Shown here: one piece after another, positions 36,086-49,580 of the stretch
How the letters are laid out: each line of letters opens with the position of its first letter
How positions within the stretch are numbered: position 1 is the first letter of the stretch
Assembly: GCA_965112155.1 (NCBI GenBank)
Contig: OZ218101.1
Source: Podarcis liolepis
Lineage: Eukaryota
Reading direction: 5' to 3' (one strand)
DNA: 64,000 bases
Program-made: the position numbers and the translations under genes
The notes under the pieces: model-generated
The model's input: only the letters and a program-made list of their open reading frames with translations
The model's database searches: none
What the model was told of the DNA's origin: nothing

Positions 36086-38528
36086 ACAATCACAAAGGAG
36101 TTTGCTTTTTCAGCATTGGCACCCCATTTATGGAATGTCGTCCCTAAAGTGGTTTGGCATGGCACCTATGCTGCACTCTTTTCAGCACCAGGCAAAAGTT
36201 TTACTCGCCCAGGCATTTAAATTGGCTTTCTTTGTAGTTCTGCTTTTAGGGGTTCTATTTGATATCATCTTCTAGTTGTTTCTCATACTACAATATAATT
36301 TGATTATACACTGCCTTAATATACAACCAGGATAAAGGATGGTATTTAAATGTGTGTGTGCGTACGTATGTATACTTCTCTTAAATAATTAGATTAATAT
36401 TCAGTTATGTATTATCCACATGCTTGTCCTATAGTTCAGACTGCAATACTATGGTCTCTTGGAGGGCATCTGAGGGGCTTTAGGAAAGATCAGATCTACC
36501 TCTCCAACATGAGAGTGAGAGATCCAATGTTGAGGCCTTCTTATTTAACTGCAATGAGTCTTCCAGCACCCTGGCCCAACCAACATCCAACACTGGATGG
36601 TCCAAGAAGGAATACGGAAGGAAGGAGCTGGGATCCTGAGTCCTCCCAGTCTCCTGTCACACACCCAAACCAGGTTTGTTTATTTATTTAAGTAACACTT
36701 CTGAACATGTTTAAATCTCTTCTTCCACTCCCTCTAGTAAAAATGGAAAGGGAAATGTCAAAGCAGAAAAACACAGCAGGAAATGGACGGAAGAACCCAA
36801 AGGCCTTCCACCACTCTCACTTTCATCCTGCTAGCTCAACTCGCAGGATTTTCAATTAAGGCAGTTGAATCTCCTTTGGATTTTGCTCCTCCCCTAACAT
36901 TAGGATTGCAGTCTTAATCACTAAAGCAAATCAATGTATCTTCCAGATACAGCAAGTTAAAGGATTCTTCTCTATGTAAATGAAGAAATGATTTGCTCAT
37001 TTATCAGATATGAATACTTGCACAAAACACAAGCTTATGTTCACCTGGTGAAAATAAGTTTCCCTTGTCTGTTCAGTTACTATCAAATATTGTATTTTTT
37101 TGTTTTTAGGAGGGTGGAGCTAGCCCAAGGCAGAATGAAACAGAAAGGAGCAATACTGGAAAAAAGAAGAAAAGAAAAAAATGCCCAGTGTGCAGATTCC
37201 CACACTTAGGCTGCAATCCTAGACTCAGCTGCTGGGGAGTAAATGCCTTTGAATGCAATGGGATTTACTTCTGAGTAGATATTACAAGACTGCACTGTCT
37301 TGTGCAAGACTCAAACTGTTATAGGAGTTGGTTGTAAGACACAACCTATATTGAATGGTCTCTGTATAGATGAAAAACAAACTAAAGCATGCAAAATTTA
37401 CACAATGTGACAAAGTCAATGAAAGGAGGCCTGGTTGTAATAATGAACCACTGTAGATACCGGTAATAATCTAGTTGTAAATCAACAAGGTATACTCATC
37501 AGATTTAGGAAATATATGAAGTTGTATAGGTCTTGTTCCTTACTAATTTAACTCAGTTCACTCTGTTACTATGTCAGGAAATTAACTGGAAGCTATTGTG
37601 GCTCACATGGCTTCCAATTAGTAACCTGGCACAATTTAAGGTTGTTAGTAACCTGGCACAATTACCTATGAAGCTCAAAATAGTTTGCAGCCAGGTTATT
37701 TAATGGAACACATCCACCCACACAAGTCTTCCCAACATTTAGGATAATCATCATATCCCCAGCTCCATGTCCTTTCCATTCAGAGCCATGGATGGTAGGA
37801 TGATTGGTGGGGATAGGACAGGGTCTTTTCAGAAGTGGTGTCAAGGCTACCTTCCCCAGGAAAACTAGTTGGGTCACACTCTCATAATCTTTAGATAGAT
37901 GATCAATATCTTATTTTAACCTGGTTTTTGGAATCTTTTAACTTTGCATCCTACTGCTACAAATGATTTATTGCTGGGTTTTAATACTATTTTATTACAA
38001 TACTTTATGTTTTTAATATATTGTAAGCTCTTCTGGGGGCTCTTTTAACCCAAAACATGAGATATAAATATTCAAAAATAAACAACTTGCACACAAAAAT
38101 AAAATGCCAAGAACACAAATCCAATTCTCAAGCTTGGAGCTTATGAAGAAGTGGGAGATTTGTCTCAGCAGCTGCAGAGTGCTTTGGAGATGTTCTCAGG
38201 CCCCTTCCACGAATCCTTAAGGCCTCTCCTTAGCTCTAAGCAAGGGACCCCATCACTTGAAGCAAGGGCATGGTGATAATGTTTGGAAGCCACAACTTTT
38301 TGGGTGGCCACACAAAATTCGTATGCCCCTGACAAACTGAACTCCTTTGTTTTTGAAATTAGAAGCCTCAAACTTGTTGATTACTGAAGTATCTTTTTTG
38401 TTCTAAAAAGATTAATGCTTACACATACTTGTAAACTATTTAACCAATCGCTTTTTAAAGGTCAAGGGCACAACTATAATAATTAGATAGCCTATAGAAT
38501 GCTGTCAGATGAAAGCACAGTAGGCTGT

Positions 38529-38760
38529 GGTAAAGGTAGAGAGACCCCTGACCATTAGGTCCAGTCGCGGACGACTCTGGGGTTGCGGCGCTCATCTCGC
38601 TTTACTGGCCAAGGGAGCCAGCGTACAGCTTCCGGGTCATGTGGCCAGCATGACTAAGCCGCTTCTGGCGAACCAGAGCAGTGCACGGAAACGCCATTTA
38701 CCTTCCCGCCGGAGCGGTACCTATTTATCTACTGGCCATTTGTGCTTTCGAACTGCTAGG
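38529..38760 (-). mobile_element. Sauria SINE, 5'-truncated
   Basis: Shares tail and core with the copy at 52981-53334 but lacks the tRNA head. Confidence 0.88.
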
Positions 38761-41450
38761 CTGTGGAGCACCCATTAAGGGTAACACCATGCCTCAATTC
38801 AGCTGCTCACTGTTACCTGGAGGGATTGGGAAGTGCAGAAACAATAAAGTTTTTACTTCCTCTAGTCAAAATGAGGTGCTACTGCTCAGCTAAGAAAACA
38901 ACATGACTAGTATTAGTTTGGCAACTCCCTCTTATCAGCAACCATTTCACTTCACACACACCCCCACACGAGGTCCCAGGTCACTCTTATTTGGCTTAAA
39001 ACCATAAGTGAGAACAACAAAAATCCTGAGCATCATTATTTAAAAGTGCAACATCTTCCAAGTTCAATAAAGATAGTCCATGTTCACCATATTTTAATAC
39101 ACATGACTCATAAATGCAACATCTAACTTGACACCAAAAGAATATGTCAAGTGACACGCTTTAGATAAATGTAAATCAGTGTAAACTAGCTGCAGCTCTT
39201 CTGCTGGATCCCCCCCCCCCCAGCACACATTGACCAGGTTGCTGAGCCCTACCTCAAGCTAAGCAAAATCAAGTTTATTTCAAGTAGGAAATAAATGTAC
39301 AGTATGTTGAATTAGTTTTACATTCCAAATTTGGTTTATGGACCAAAAATTTACCAGGCAGTTTTGAGGAAAACTAGTTCACATTCATGACACTATTCCA
39401 ACCAACTGGCTAAATTTCATTTCATCTGTAAGCTGAATGGAAGAGCCATAATAATGAGAACATACATGCCATTTAAAAGCATTTCTTAACACACCACACT
39501 CAGACAACAGTATTCAACGTGATATATAAATGAAGTTCTTAGCTTCATTTGTGGAAGTGCCCTCAGTTCCCCTCAGATAGAAAGTACTAAGGAACTACCC
39601 CTCCAGGAATCGCTGCAATGACTACAGACTGTGTACACTTGAATATATGAATTAAAAATAAAGCTGAATGGAAGCAAGTGATATTTGTGGATGATATGAT
39701 GTGCCCACGCTGCTATACTCCAATGTGCTTTTCTTTTAACTACTTTTACACAAATGTTTTCTACCTCGCCACCATTTTACAACACATTAAAATAACTCCA
39801 GTTTCAGTGCGAACCAAAATAGACATTTTTTCCTCTCCTCTTAACACAAGTTGATGGACTGCATTTTAGTCAGCCTACTCTGTTGTTTATTTAAATGGAG
39901 CATTAGTTTAGTAAGAAAAAAGTAGCAAACAGGGAGGTAGAATAAACTGAACGCAAAGATTGACAAACTGAAGTTAAGATAGCACACCAGAGTATTTAGC
40001 ATTTCAGGGGAAAAACCAAGTTCTCTTTGTAGATGCTACATCAACATTCAAGTGACCTAAAGACCAGACTCAAGAAAGGCTAGGAGAAAAAGGCCCTACT
40101 GAATTGTGTGGCCTCTCCTACCCAATTCAGCTTTGAAACTCTGTACTAATTCTACATATCACAGGTCAAAACTTAGGAGCATGTCTGTCTCCCCATTTAC
40201 AAAAATGGTTTTGGAATGTAAGAGCAATTAGTCTATTACTTTAAGACCAATGCATAGTATGATCTAATCTGTATGTGGTTTTAACTACAGAACTAAAAAA
40301 TGACTGAATGTGTAAATTTCCAGGGTGGAGATAACCTCAACAGATTTGCACCATCTACCTACGCATGCAATTAAGCAAACAGGGACTGACCAATATTCAC
40401 AGCACTTCAGGAGAAATTATCAAGCCCCTGATTTTTATCCCCCCCCCCCCAAGATCTACAGATCCCTTTAACTAGCAATGTGGAATAGTACTCCTTGCAG
40501 ACTGGGCATCTAGTTCACAGTCCCTCTGAGGGGAGCACTATGCTCTCTGGTCATGTACAGAAAGACCTCTTAAACAGCTCTGCACACCTTACTTTCTTAA
40601 CAGCCTTGCGGAGGGTCACCTACGGCCACCCCATTGTATGCACTGGATCCACAAACCGTTTTCTTACCCCCTTGCACTTTTATTCTTCTGAACTGCCCCC
40701 TAAGGCCCATGGCGACTGCCTAGGTAGCCCAGAAGACACAAACACACACTCCGTCCCTCTCCTTCCCCCCCCCAACCTCAAAGCCTAAAGCAGCTCCTCA
40801 CCTCCAGAAGCATCTGCAAAATCCTCCCCCTTTCAGCGGCGACCCACAATAGCAAATCCCCTTATTTAACTGGAACGGGGAGAAGGAAAACGGGGGTGGG
40901 GGAGTGTGAAGCGTTCCTTACCCCCAAATTCCCAGGCTCACTCCGTTCCTTCCACCCTGTTTTCCTAACCCAGGCTGCCTTCCTCCGTTACCCACAGAGA
41001 CGCACGAACCCCCCCGCCCCAAAGGGCTGGCATCTCCTGCCCAGACACCCGCCTTGCCACAACACGCACACCATCCACACACACACCCAAGCGCATCCAC
41101 ATACTACTCCGTGTACACAGATAGCCCACCCGCCCCCCTTTTCCCAGACTCAAGGTTTCTCTCCCCCCCCCCCCAGGCCGTTTGTTCTTCCCCTCATGCG
41201 ATGGACACGCCTCCTCCCTCCGGCCTCCTCCACGGCTCTCCTTCCAACCCGCCCCCCCCGCCCGCCTCGGGCGACTAATCGGAGCCGCCCCCACCCCCGC
41301 CTTGCTTTGCCAAGCGCCGACCCCTCCCGCCTCTTTCCCTCCCGCCCGTGCCCCCACCTCACGCTCCCCGCACCCGCCCGCGCCAGGTTTTTCGACCAGC
41401 CCCCAAACTCCGAAACTTTCCCCCGAACAGGCAGGCAGGATGGCGGTTAC

Positions 41451-41850
41451 CCGGCGGCCCCTCGTCCTCTCGCCGCGTCGCCCCCCCCCCCAGCACCACC
41501 TCAACACACGCGCGCGCACAGCCCGCCTCCCCACGGCCCGCAGTTTCCACGGGTGCCGCTGGCACCATGCGGAGGATCCTCCTGCCCGCCTCCCTCCGCA
41601 CGCTCACCGCTCTTGCCCACCAAGGGCGGAGGGGCCTGGCCCGGCCGGGGGGCACCTCTCAGCCCCGGGCAGGAGGCGGCGGCGGCGGCGCAGCGTCTCC
41701 CCCCGGCGACGGCGAACTCGCTCCTTTCCCGCAAACACACACAGGCTCCATTGTCCGCCAGCCAGCCAGCCTCCCCCCTCCTTCTCCTCCTCCCCCTCTC
41801 CCACATGGTACCGCCCATCGCCCCTCGGCCTCCCTCCTTCTCTTGCGCGC
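41451..41850 (-). other. BCL9: Candidate proximal first exon of BCL9
   Basis: Donor CGG|gtaacc at 41450 inside the CpG island. The 5' end is an estimate. Confidence 0.4.
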
Positions 41851-42205
41851 CCCCCCCGTCCGCTCCCCGCGAATGAAGCAGCCTATCGCGCGCGCGCTTC
41901 CCCCAACCCCCCCGGCCCACCCAATCAATGGAACGTCCCCTCCTCACTCACGGGCAGACTTTGACTTCTCCAAGCCATCGGGGCCGCCTCGCCTCCCCAG
42001 CAACGGGAATGGTAGTGTCCCGATGGAGAGGAGAGGGGGGGCTAGATCCCCCCCTTCCCTCTCTCACGGAATGGTATCAACTGATTCCTTAAAGAGACAG
42101 GCCTTGAATGCATGGGTCCTTCCTCCCCTGTAAAGCAGCACCGCCCTCACCTCCCTCCATTCATCCTGGCACCGCCCCCGCAATTAGCATAGGCCAGCCT
42201 CATAC

Positions 42206-42440
42206 CTCAAGGTAGTTTTCTTTCCGCCGCCTCTTCCCTCTTAAAGACGCAGCCACCCAATGGCACTTCTTAAAGCGACATGCTGCCCTTTAAAAAAAAT
42301 ATATTCTTTCCCCCCACCGCACACACACACACCCCGCAAAGCCATCTCCACCAGGAACTCCTCGGAGCCAGCCTGGAATCTCGGCACGTTTATTTCAAGG
42401 CATCAGAAGGCATAGAAGTGTCTCTGTGGCAATGCGAGGG
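42206..42440 (-). other. BCL9: Candidate distal first exon of BCL9
   Basis: Donor GAG|gtatga at 42205 after unique, non-repetitive sequence. The 5' end is an estimate. Confidence 0.45.
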
Positions 42441-43989
42441 GGAGGCACACGTCCCAAGCCTAAGCCACACCCAGGCAGGGCGCGCACACACAAAACACAC
42501 ACACGGACGCTCTGCACACTTCCCACACCTCAGGGCCCCTCGTCTCCCAGGTACGGCAGCCGCGCCGCACGCTGCAAAAGCACACACGACACCTCGCCGC
42601 GCTGAGATGCGTAAGCCTGAAGCAGGCTCTTACCAAAATCGAGAGACCGGGCGAGTGAGGCAGGGAGTCGGGCTGCGGCGCAGCACAGGGCGAACACACG
42701 TTCTCCTCCCGCCTCCACTTGCCCCCCCACCCACCCACAAAATAGCAGACACTGGTTTAAAGAGCACCATCCATCTCAATTGCAGGCGCACAAATTGGAT
42801 TTTGCAGAATTAAAAGCCGAGCTCTCTGGCCGGGAGGTCGGGGTCGTCGTATTAATTCAGGAGATGCATTCCATCTCGGCGATCGGGCGGTCCCCGAATC
42901 TGATCGGCTCCCAGATTTATTCTCTCCTTCCAACCTCACACGCCCGCTCCCCCGTCTTGTGTGCCCTATTACATAAACCCTGCGGGCTATCAACAAAACC
43001 AAACGCATCTCACGCTTTAATTTTGCTAGGTATTCTCCAGATCCATTAAAATCTATGGAATTGTGCTCATTGGTTTCGATAGGTATGTGGATTGCACCCG
43101 TATGACACTTCGTTGGCAAAACAGACATAAAAAGCCAAAAGGCGGCGGGGGAACCATGTTCATATTGATTTAATACAGCTCCTCTTGGCCTGTGGATTGT
43201 GGCTAGCTACAGATATCCACAAACCACAGTGGTTATAATGAATTTGCAGGGATTAGCTTCCAGCATTTTTAATTTCCACACGTCTTTACAATTAAACGGC
43301 AATGAGATGAAATGAGAATTTGTGCCTCCTTTTCTTGTCTCTAGGAGGCAGGAGACTTAACCCTCTCCACCATATACTCTTACTAAAGTTCAATTCTCAG
43401 GTATAACCCCTAACATATTTCCTCCTGTTTCCTTTCCTCACCCTCACCTTCAAGTGGGAATTTTGCACCTTACATTTGCCCATCCCCTCTCAAACCCACC
43501 CCCACAACAAAGAGATGGAAAACAGAATTGGCACTAACTTTTGTGAATATAGCTGTCTTTCAGAAGGCTGTCTTTCAGAAAGCACAGGTTAAAAATCTGT
43601 TGCAATAATGATAATATTTAGTACTTGTGTTGCACTTTATAGTGTTCCAAGCACTCCATGTACATTGTGATTCTTGTTACACTCCTCGAAAGTAGGTCAG
43701 CATTATTACACCCATATTGCAGATACAATTTCCATATCAGTTGCCTGTATCCACCCACTAAGTTTGCAGCTGGGGCAACCTCTTTGCACAGTTGACACTA
43801 TTGGATAGCAGATCTCCTAAAATAATTTTATTATTATTAATTTTTATTTTTATTTAGTTTGCTAGTTGCCTTACAAAGACAGCCTGGAGGCAACATACTA
43901 GAAATCTGAAACAAAATGTTTTTTTAAAAAACACACAGACACACATAAAGAATTAAGATTATAATGTTTAAAAGCATATCAACTTCATT

Positions 43990-44228
43990 TATTTAAAATG
44001 GGATTAGATATTTTCATGGGAGGCAGGTCCTTGAACAGGCACTAGCCACAATTACTAAAGCAAGCTTCCCAATTCAGAGACGACATTCCTTTGAATATCA
44101 GTTCTTGGAGGGTAGGCAAACAACAATAGAACTTTTGCCTGAATGCCCAGAACTGTCTGGTTGACTACAGTTGGAAAAAGAATGCTGTACTAGAAAGACC
44201 CTTGCGTCTTTCCAGCAGGGCTCCTGCA
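43990..44228 (+). mobile_element. CR1 3' end remnant
   Basis: tttaaaatgggattagatattttcatgg...gaatgctgtactagaaagaccctt...ccagcagggct, similar to the CR1 tail at about 35850-36080. Confidence 0.55.
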
Positions 44229-45363
44229 TTCATAAAACCAGCGCAACAAGCAAGGTTTATATGCTAGTTTTTAAAGAAGCACTTTTTTAAAATGGTGTTC
44301 TCTATCCTCAGGCTAAAGAGGTGGAGTGCTTTCTGTCACCTCACCATTCCCCCACCTAGTTCCCAATTCATTTTGATGCATGTGTAGGGCTTTTTCAGTG
44401 CTGGCACCCCATCTCTGGAGTTCACATGATCTCACAGAGGTTTGCCAGATTCAAGCACTGCACTTTTTAGTGCCAGATGAAGGCCTTTTTATCTGCCCAG
44501 GCTTTTTAGAAGTTTATAATTGCTGTTTGATCTAACAGTTTTAAATCCTTTTTGCCTCTGGCTAATTTTGGCTTTATTGTTCTGCCATTTACAGTTATTC
44601 GGTGGCTTTATGCTATTATTATATTTTCATCTGGTGGCAATGCAATCACTAATTTACCATTAGATATTCGGCCAAACTTATACAGTTATTACACCAGGAG
44701 GACACGCATGACCATAATGCCACAAACCAGTTCCTTGTTAGTTCACAACTGTCTTTTCGTTTTCAAAAGCGATTTCAGTGTGGTACTGTTCAATTAGCTG
44801 ATTTGTCTTTATAAACAATAACAGTGAGAGGTTTTTGTTATTGCAGTTTTGGCACATGTTCAGGTTTCTGATGATGCAAAAGCTAACTTCACAAGAGAGT
44901 TCACTCTATGCAGAGTAGTTTGCTGACATTGGCAACAAAGTTGTTTTTGAAGTCTAAGTATGCACTGAAGCTACTATTTATCTCTGGGTTCATGGCAGCA
45001 TCTTTAAATGCCCAAGGACGTATCCTTCCAGTTCAACCCCAAATTGAAGCTGGATTGGACCTCTGATTCAGAAACTGTCAGGACTTTTGTGGCATTCTGC
45101 AGAGGCCACATATAGTTCCACAGTGCAGAATGGACAAAATAACCCACCAAATAACTTGCTCTCATAGAAAGGTCTCTCTACCTGTCATTGTAACCTGAGC
45201 TCTTCTTAATCGTGTCTAACAGAGCCCTCAAATTAGGCCAGGGCCAGAAATACACCTCTGCTGCATGGCCAGGAGAAAAAGGGAACATATATACAAAAAA
45301 TATTAAAGATGCATTAGAATAATAGACACTCCCACAGTGTCCCAGGAAACACCACCACAGTCT

Positions 45364-45430
45364 AACAACAACAACAATTTATTATTTATACCCCACCCAT
45401 CTGGCTGGGTTTCCCCAGCCACTCTGGGCC
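45364..45430 (-). mobile_element. Short LINE 3' tail (L2-like)
   Basis: Reverse-complement match to 26704-26765 with a simple-repeat tail. Confidence 0.6.
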
Positions 45431-45929
45431 ACAATTGGGGACTGTACTGCCACCAGTGGCCACATGACCTCCCCCCCCCCCTCCAATACAAGGAGCTAAT
45501 GGCAATGTAGAAATCCCAGTCCACCCTGGCACACACTCTTACATCACCACGAGAACAAGACACAAAAAAAGCCCACAGCTTGTAACCCTGTTACAGGCAG
45601 TCCCAAGGCAACCTCACGGTCAGGGGTTCAAATCCCCTTATACCATTCACACACACTGTTTTAGCTACAAAGCACAAAGAAAGAGAAGGAGAAAACACAC
45701 CCACATAACGCCCTGGGCAGAATGACTGCAGAGCAAACACACAAACACACACAGAGAGAGAAAGAGAGAGAGAGCTCCTGAATCAAAGATTTTGAGACCT
45801 ACCCAGAGAAAGGAAAAACTTTTTTTGCCAAATAGCTAAGGGGAGGAACCAGGACAGGCAACCAAGGCAGCCAAAGACACACACGGAGAGCAGCAGCCTC
45901 CAATGGCTCACTGCACAGCACTGAACATA

Positions 45930-46207
45930 GGTTCGAATCCCCATGACGGGGTGAGCTCCCGTTGTTCAGTCCCAGCTTCTGCCCACCTAGCAGTTCGAAA
46001 GCACAAGTAGATAAATAGGTACCGCTCTGGCAGGAAGGTAAACAGCATTTCTGTGCACTGCTCTGGTTTGCCAGAAGCGGCTTAGTCATGCTGGCCACAT
46101 GACCCGGAAGCTGTACGCCAGCTCCCTCGGCTAATAAAGCGAGATGAGCACCGCAACCCCAGAGTCTGTCATGACTGGACCTAATGGTCAGGGGTCCCTT
46201 TACCTTT
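45930..46207 (+). mobile_element. Sauria SINE, 5'-truncated at the B-box
   Basis: Starts ggttcgaatcccc and ends ggggtccctttacctttt. Confidence 0.88.
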
Positions 46208-46449
46208 TTAAGGAGGGCAGACAGTCATCTCAGGAGTAAAAGAGAGGGAGCTGAAAACTCTGCAAGGCAGCTCCCTAGCCAGTTGGTTACAGCAGAGCTC
46301 AGTCACTGCATGAGGTCTTTGTCCCGCCCCCTGCCTCCCCACCCCCACCCCCCACAAGCACAGGGGATGCATTAGGAACTATCTGCACAGAATGGCTCGT
46401 GTTTTGCATAGTGAAGGACCATGATTCAAATTAAGACACACACACCCCA

Positions 46450-47200
46450 CCCTCATGCTAGAAAACAGGAGGGATGTTGGATCTCCATACAAACAGGAGC
46501 AGCACTGCATGAACCAATAGCCTTGTCCCCGAATAGAGCAATTGCCTTTTGGCCCATGATGTGGCCATCTCCCACCCAATGCTGCCTCATATGCCAACCC
46601 TGTCATGTAGCATCCTAGAAGGCTTCAATGCCCTTCCTGACCTCTTCTGCATTATACCCATCCTTCGCTTTCCGAACCCAGTAACTGCAAAATACACCCC
46701 CAGCACCAATCCCACTTGTGCAATCTGACAGACCCCAGGGAAATGGGGTGGTCGGGGTGGGGGAGACCCATATCCACCACCTTCAGCAAAGAAGCAACAC
46801 ATGTCGCAAAACTGAAATCCTTTATGGAACAGTATCCAGGAGGCAGGAGATTCTGAAAGGGAAGTCAAATGTGTGGAATGCCAGCCAGGCACTCTAGTAA
46901 GGTTCTTGTGCCTTGGACAGTGGCAGGCCAGGACGTTATGGCACCAGCTCCACGGTAGAAACAACTCCACCTGTTGCATAACTGTCTGTTGTGCAGTTTT
47001 CCAGGATACAGGAGCCTGCCTAGCACACATATGTTAACGTGAAAGAACAGTCAACAATATCTGGGTCATTGCTGCTGATCACCAGGATGGGCTTGTCGAG
47101 GTGTGGGGTGGACCTCTCTACCTTTGGGACAGTGGCCTGCAGAGAGCCCGGGAAGACAGAAAGAGGACAATGAGCAATGGTCAGCAGCTAGAGCATGTAG
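46450..47200 (-). mobile_element. Possible highly degenerate DIRS-like element (RNase H to tyrosine recombinase region)
   Basis: Frameshifted minus-strand peptides TSTSPS..MTQILLTVL..NICV..ARQAP..ENCTTDS..QQVELF, then Y*SAWLAFHTF..SYWVRKAKDGY, in the order expected for DIRS. Confidence 0.35.
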
Positions 47201-48639
47201 TCCTTGAATCTAGTTGCACAGCAGGTGATTATGATGCCGAGAGAATGAGTGGTGCTGTCTAAGCGCGGACCTGAGAAAAACAATACAGGCATATAGCTCC
47301 CCCTTGCAGATAGTAGTGAAACTGTGTGCACAAGGGCGGTTTGTTCTGCTCCGTGCATCTGGGCTGTGATCCTGCAAGGCAGGATCTGCCCAGTGATGAT
47401 AATGGTGTTTGCCAACAGAGAGCTTACCTGCATGTGGGAGTGAATCTTTCTCCTTTGTGGAGATTACTGCTCCCCACGGTTAAGGGAGAAGAGTGCTAGA
47501 GCAAAGACAGTTTGTGCAAGACACAGTATTCACTCATGGCAAAGTGGCTGGGCGAGACAAGGGAAACAGCTGTAGCAGTTATACATGATAACAGGTGTTC
47601 CCCTTTCCCTTGCTTACTTGTGTGATGCTCTGTTTTGGCACCCCCAGTTTTGGGAATGGAGTCTGTTTGTGTCTGGAGTCCTATGCTGAGGTCCTATGCT
47701 GTAAAGGTTCTATGCAGAGAAGTGCTATCAATGAGCTCAAGTTCATTCACGTAAATCTGCCTTGTGGAGACAGGCTGCTTTGCACAAGGTACTATCTTTG
47801 TGTGCAAAGCACCCTTTTCCCCATAGTTAGTCATCACCAGAGATCTTTCTTGTGAGCCATTAGCAGGCAGGCAGCTGTAGCTATTTGCCCTCTCATCTGA
47901 GGGCTTGGATACACTTCCGCCTAGAAAGCAGAGGTCCAAGCAGTTTTGCCTTTGCCCCACAACTTCCCCCTAGAAAACTCACTCTTTAGTGATAAACTGG
48001 AACAAACTGCAATCTGTGGAAAACCCAATTGCCATTTGCTCCTTCAGTGCTAAACAACGGGTTTCCCCAGAGGAAAGCGGTGGGCTAAATCAAAGTCTGG
48101 ATAAGCCCTCAGTTGTGGTCTCCCTCTGTGACAGTGGTTGCTAACCGGTGGGCTATAGTTGTGCCCACCCCCATAAGTTTTCTGTGGCTTCCTAATAATG
48201 CATCTTTAAATATATATATATTAGTTTTAAAAACAAAACAAAAACAAACTATAAGTCCCTCACTATGATGCCAAAAGGTTTTGTTGTCGCTGCACAAGGA
48301 GTCTCCAATTTTTGTCCATTTTAATTTTTTAAAAGACATTTTAATTATTACTTTTAAAAGAAATCTCCCAGCTTTCATAGGTTCCCTGATGTGATTCCCC
48401 AATTTGTCATAATTTTAATTTTTTTTAAAAAAGGTATTTTTCACCCCTATTTCTACTTAGAAAAGAAATAGTCACACCCCTTTTAAAAACTTTGGCCATG
48501 TCCGCTTTCATACTTTCATCACTCCCACTCTGGCGTGTGAAGCCCTCCAGAGGGTTGGCCATCAGTCAACTTAAACATATTTGTCTTGGGGCATGTGCAA
48601 AAGTAGTTATCAAATACACAATTACCCCATCCAATCACT

Positions 48640-49535
48640 GAAGGAACACAAGAAGAACCTGCTTGACCAGGCCAGTGACCCATCAAGTCCAGCATCCTGT
48701 TCTCACTGTTGCCAGCCACATGCCTATGGGAAGCCCATGCACAGAACCCGAGTGCAAGAGCACTCTCGTCCCCTGCAGTTCAGAACTCAGCTGGTATTCA
48801 GAAGCATACTGCCTCCGAAAGCGGATGTAATAGCCCCCTGGGGTTAATAGCCAGTGGTAGCCTTATCCTCCATGGGCTACTCTTTTAAAGCCGTCCAAGT
48901 TGGTGGCCATCATTGCCTCTTGTGGGAGCAAATTCCATACTTAAATTATACACTGTGTGGGAAAACTACTTTTTTGTCTGTCCTGAATATTGCAACATTT
49001 AGCTTCATTGGATGTCCACAAGTTCTGGTGTTCTGAGGGAGAGAGAGAAATTTCTCTAACCACTTTTTCCATGCCATGCATAATTTTATAAATTTCTATC
49101 ATATCACCTCTTATTCGCCTTTTCTCTAAACAAAAATGTCCCCAAAAGCTGAAACTTTTCCTCACCCCCTTTGATCATTTTGATTGCACTTTTCTGAACC
49201 TTTTCCATCTCTACAATATCCTTTTTCAGTTGAGGTGACCAGAAGTGCACATGGTATTCCAAACGTGGTCCCACCATAGATCTGTATACTGCCATTAGGA
49301 TATCAGCTGGTTTGTTTTCAATACCTTTCCTAATGATCCCTAGCATGTAATTTGCCTTTTTCACAGCTGCTACACACAAGGTTGACATCTTCATTGAATT
49401 ATCCGCTACAGCCCCAAGGTCTTCTTCCTGGTCAGTTGCTACCAGTTCAGACCCTCATGAGTGTACCTCAAAGTGTGTCATTCTACACTTGTTTACACTG
49501 AATTGCATTTGCCATTTTACTGCTCATTTACTCAC
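48640..49535 (-). mobile_element. CR1 LINE 3' fragment
   Basis: ORF 49104-49394 (AAVKKANYMLGIIRKGIENK...YRSMVGPRLEYHVHFWSPQLKKD) and RRIRGDMIEIYKIMHG are typical of the CR1 ORF2 C-terminus; a CR1-type 3' UTR follows. Confidence 0.92.
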
Positions 49536-49580
49536 TTTGGCTTTGTAAAGCCTTTCTGTTTATTGGCCACCTTTTTAAAG

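Larger units (their letters stand above)
40900..43000 (-). promoter_or_regulatory. BCL9: CpG island and promoter of BCL9
   Basis: Sharp rise in GC and CpG content upstream of the BCL9 exons, with GC boxes, a gcgcgcgcgc run (about 41888-41897) and CCAAT at 41921. Confidence 0.85.

Noticed and set aside
40896-42813. Long ORFs (up to 326 aa) in several frames of the CpG island
   Set aside because: Low-complexity Pro/Arg/Gly translations expected from stop-poor GC-rich DNA; no recognisable domain.
45440-46370. LTR with a tRNA-Leu primer-binding site (tggtggcag on minus)
   Set aside because: Only a 9-nt match, and I could not define LTR ends or a TSD.
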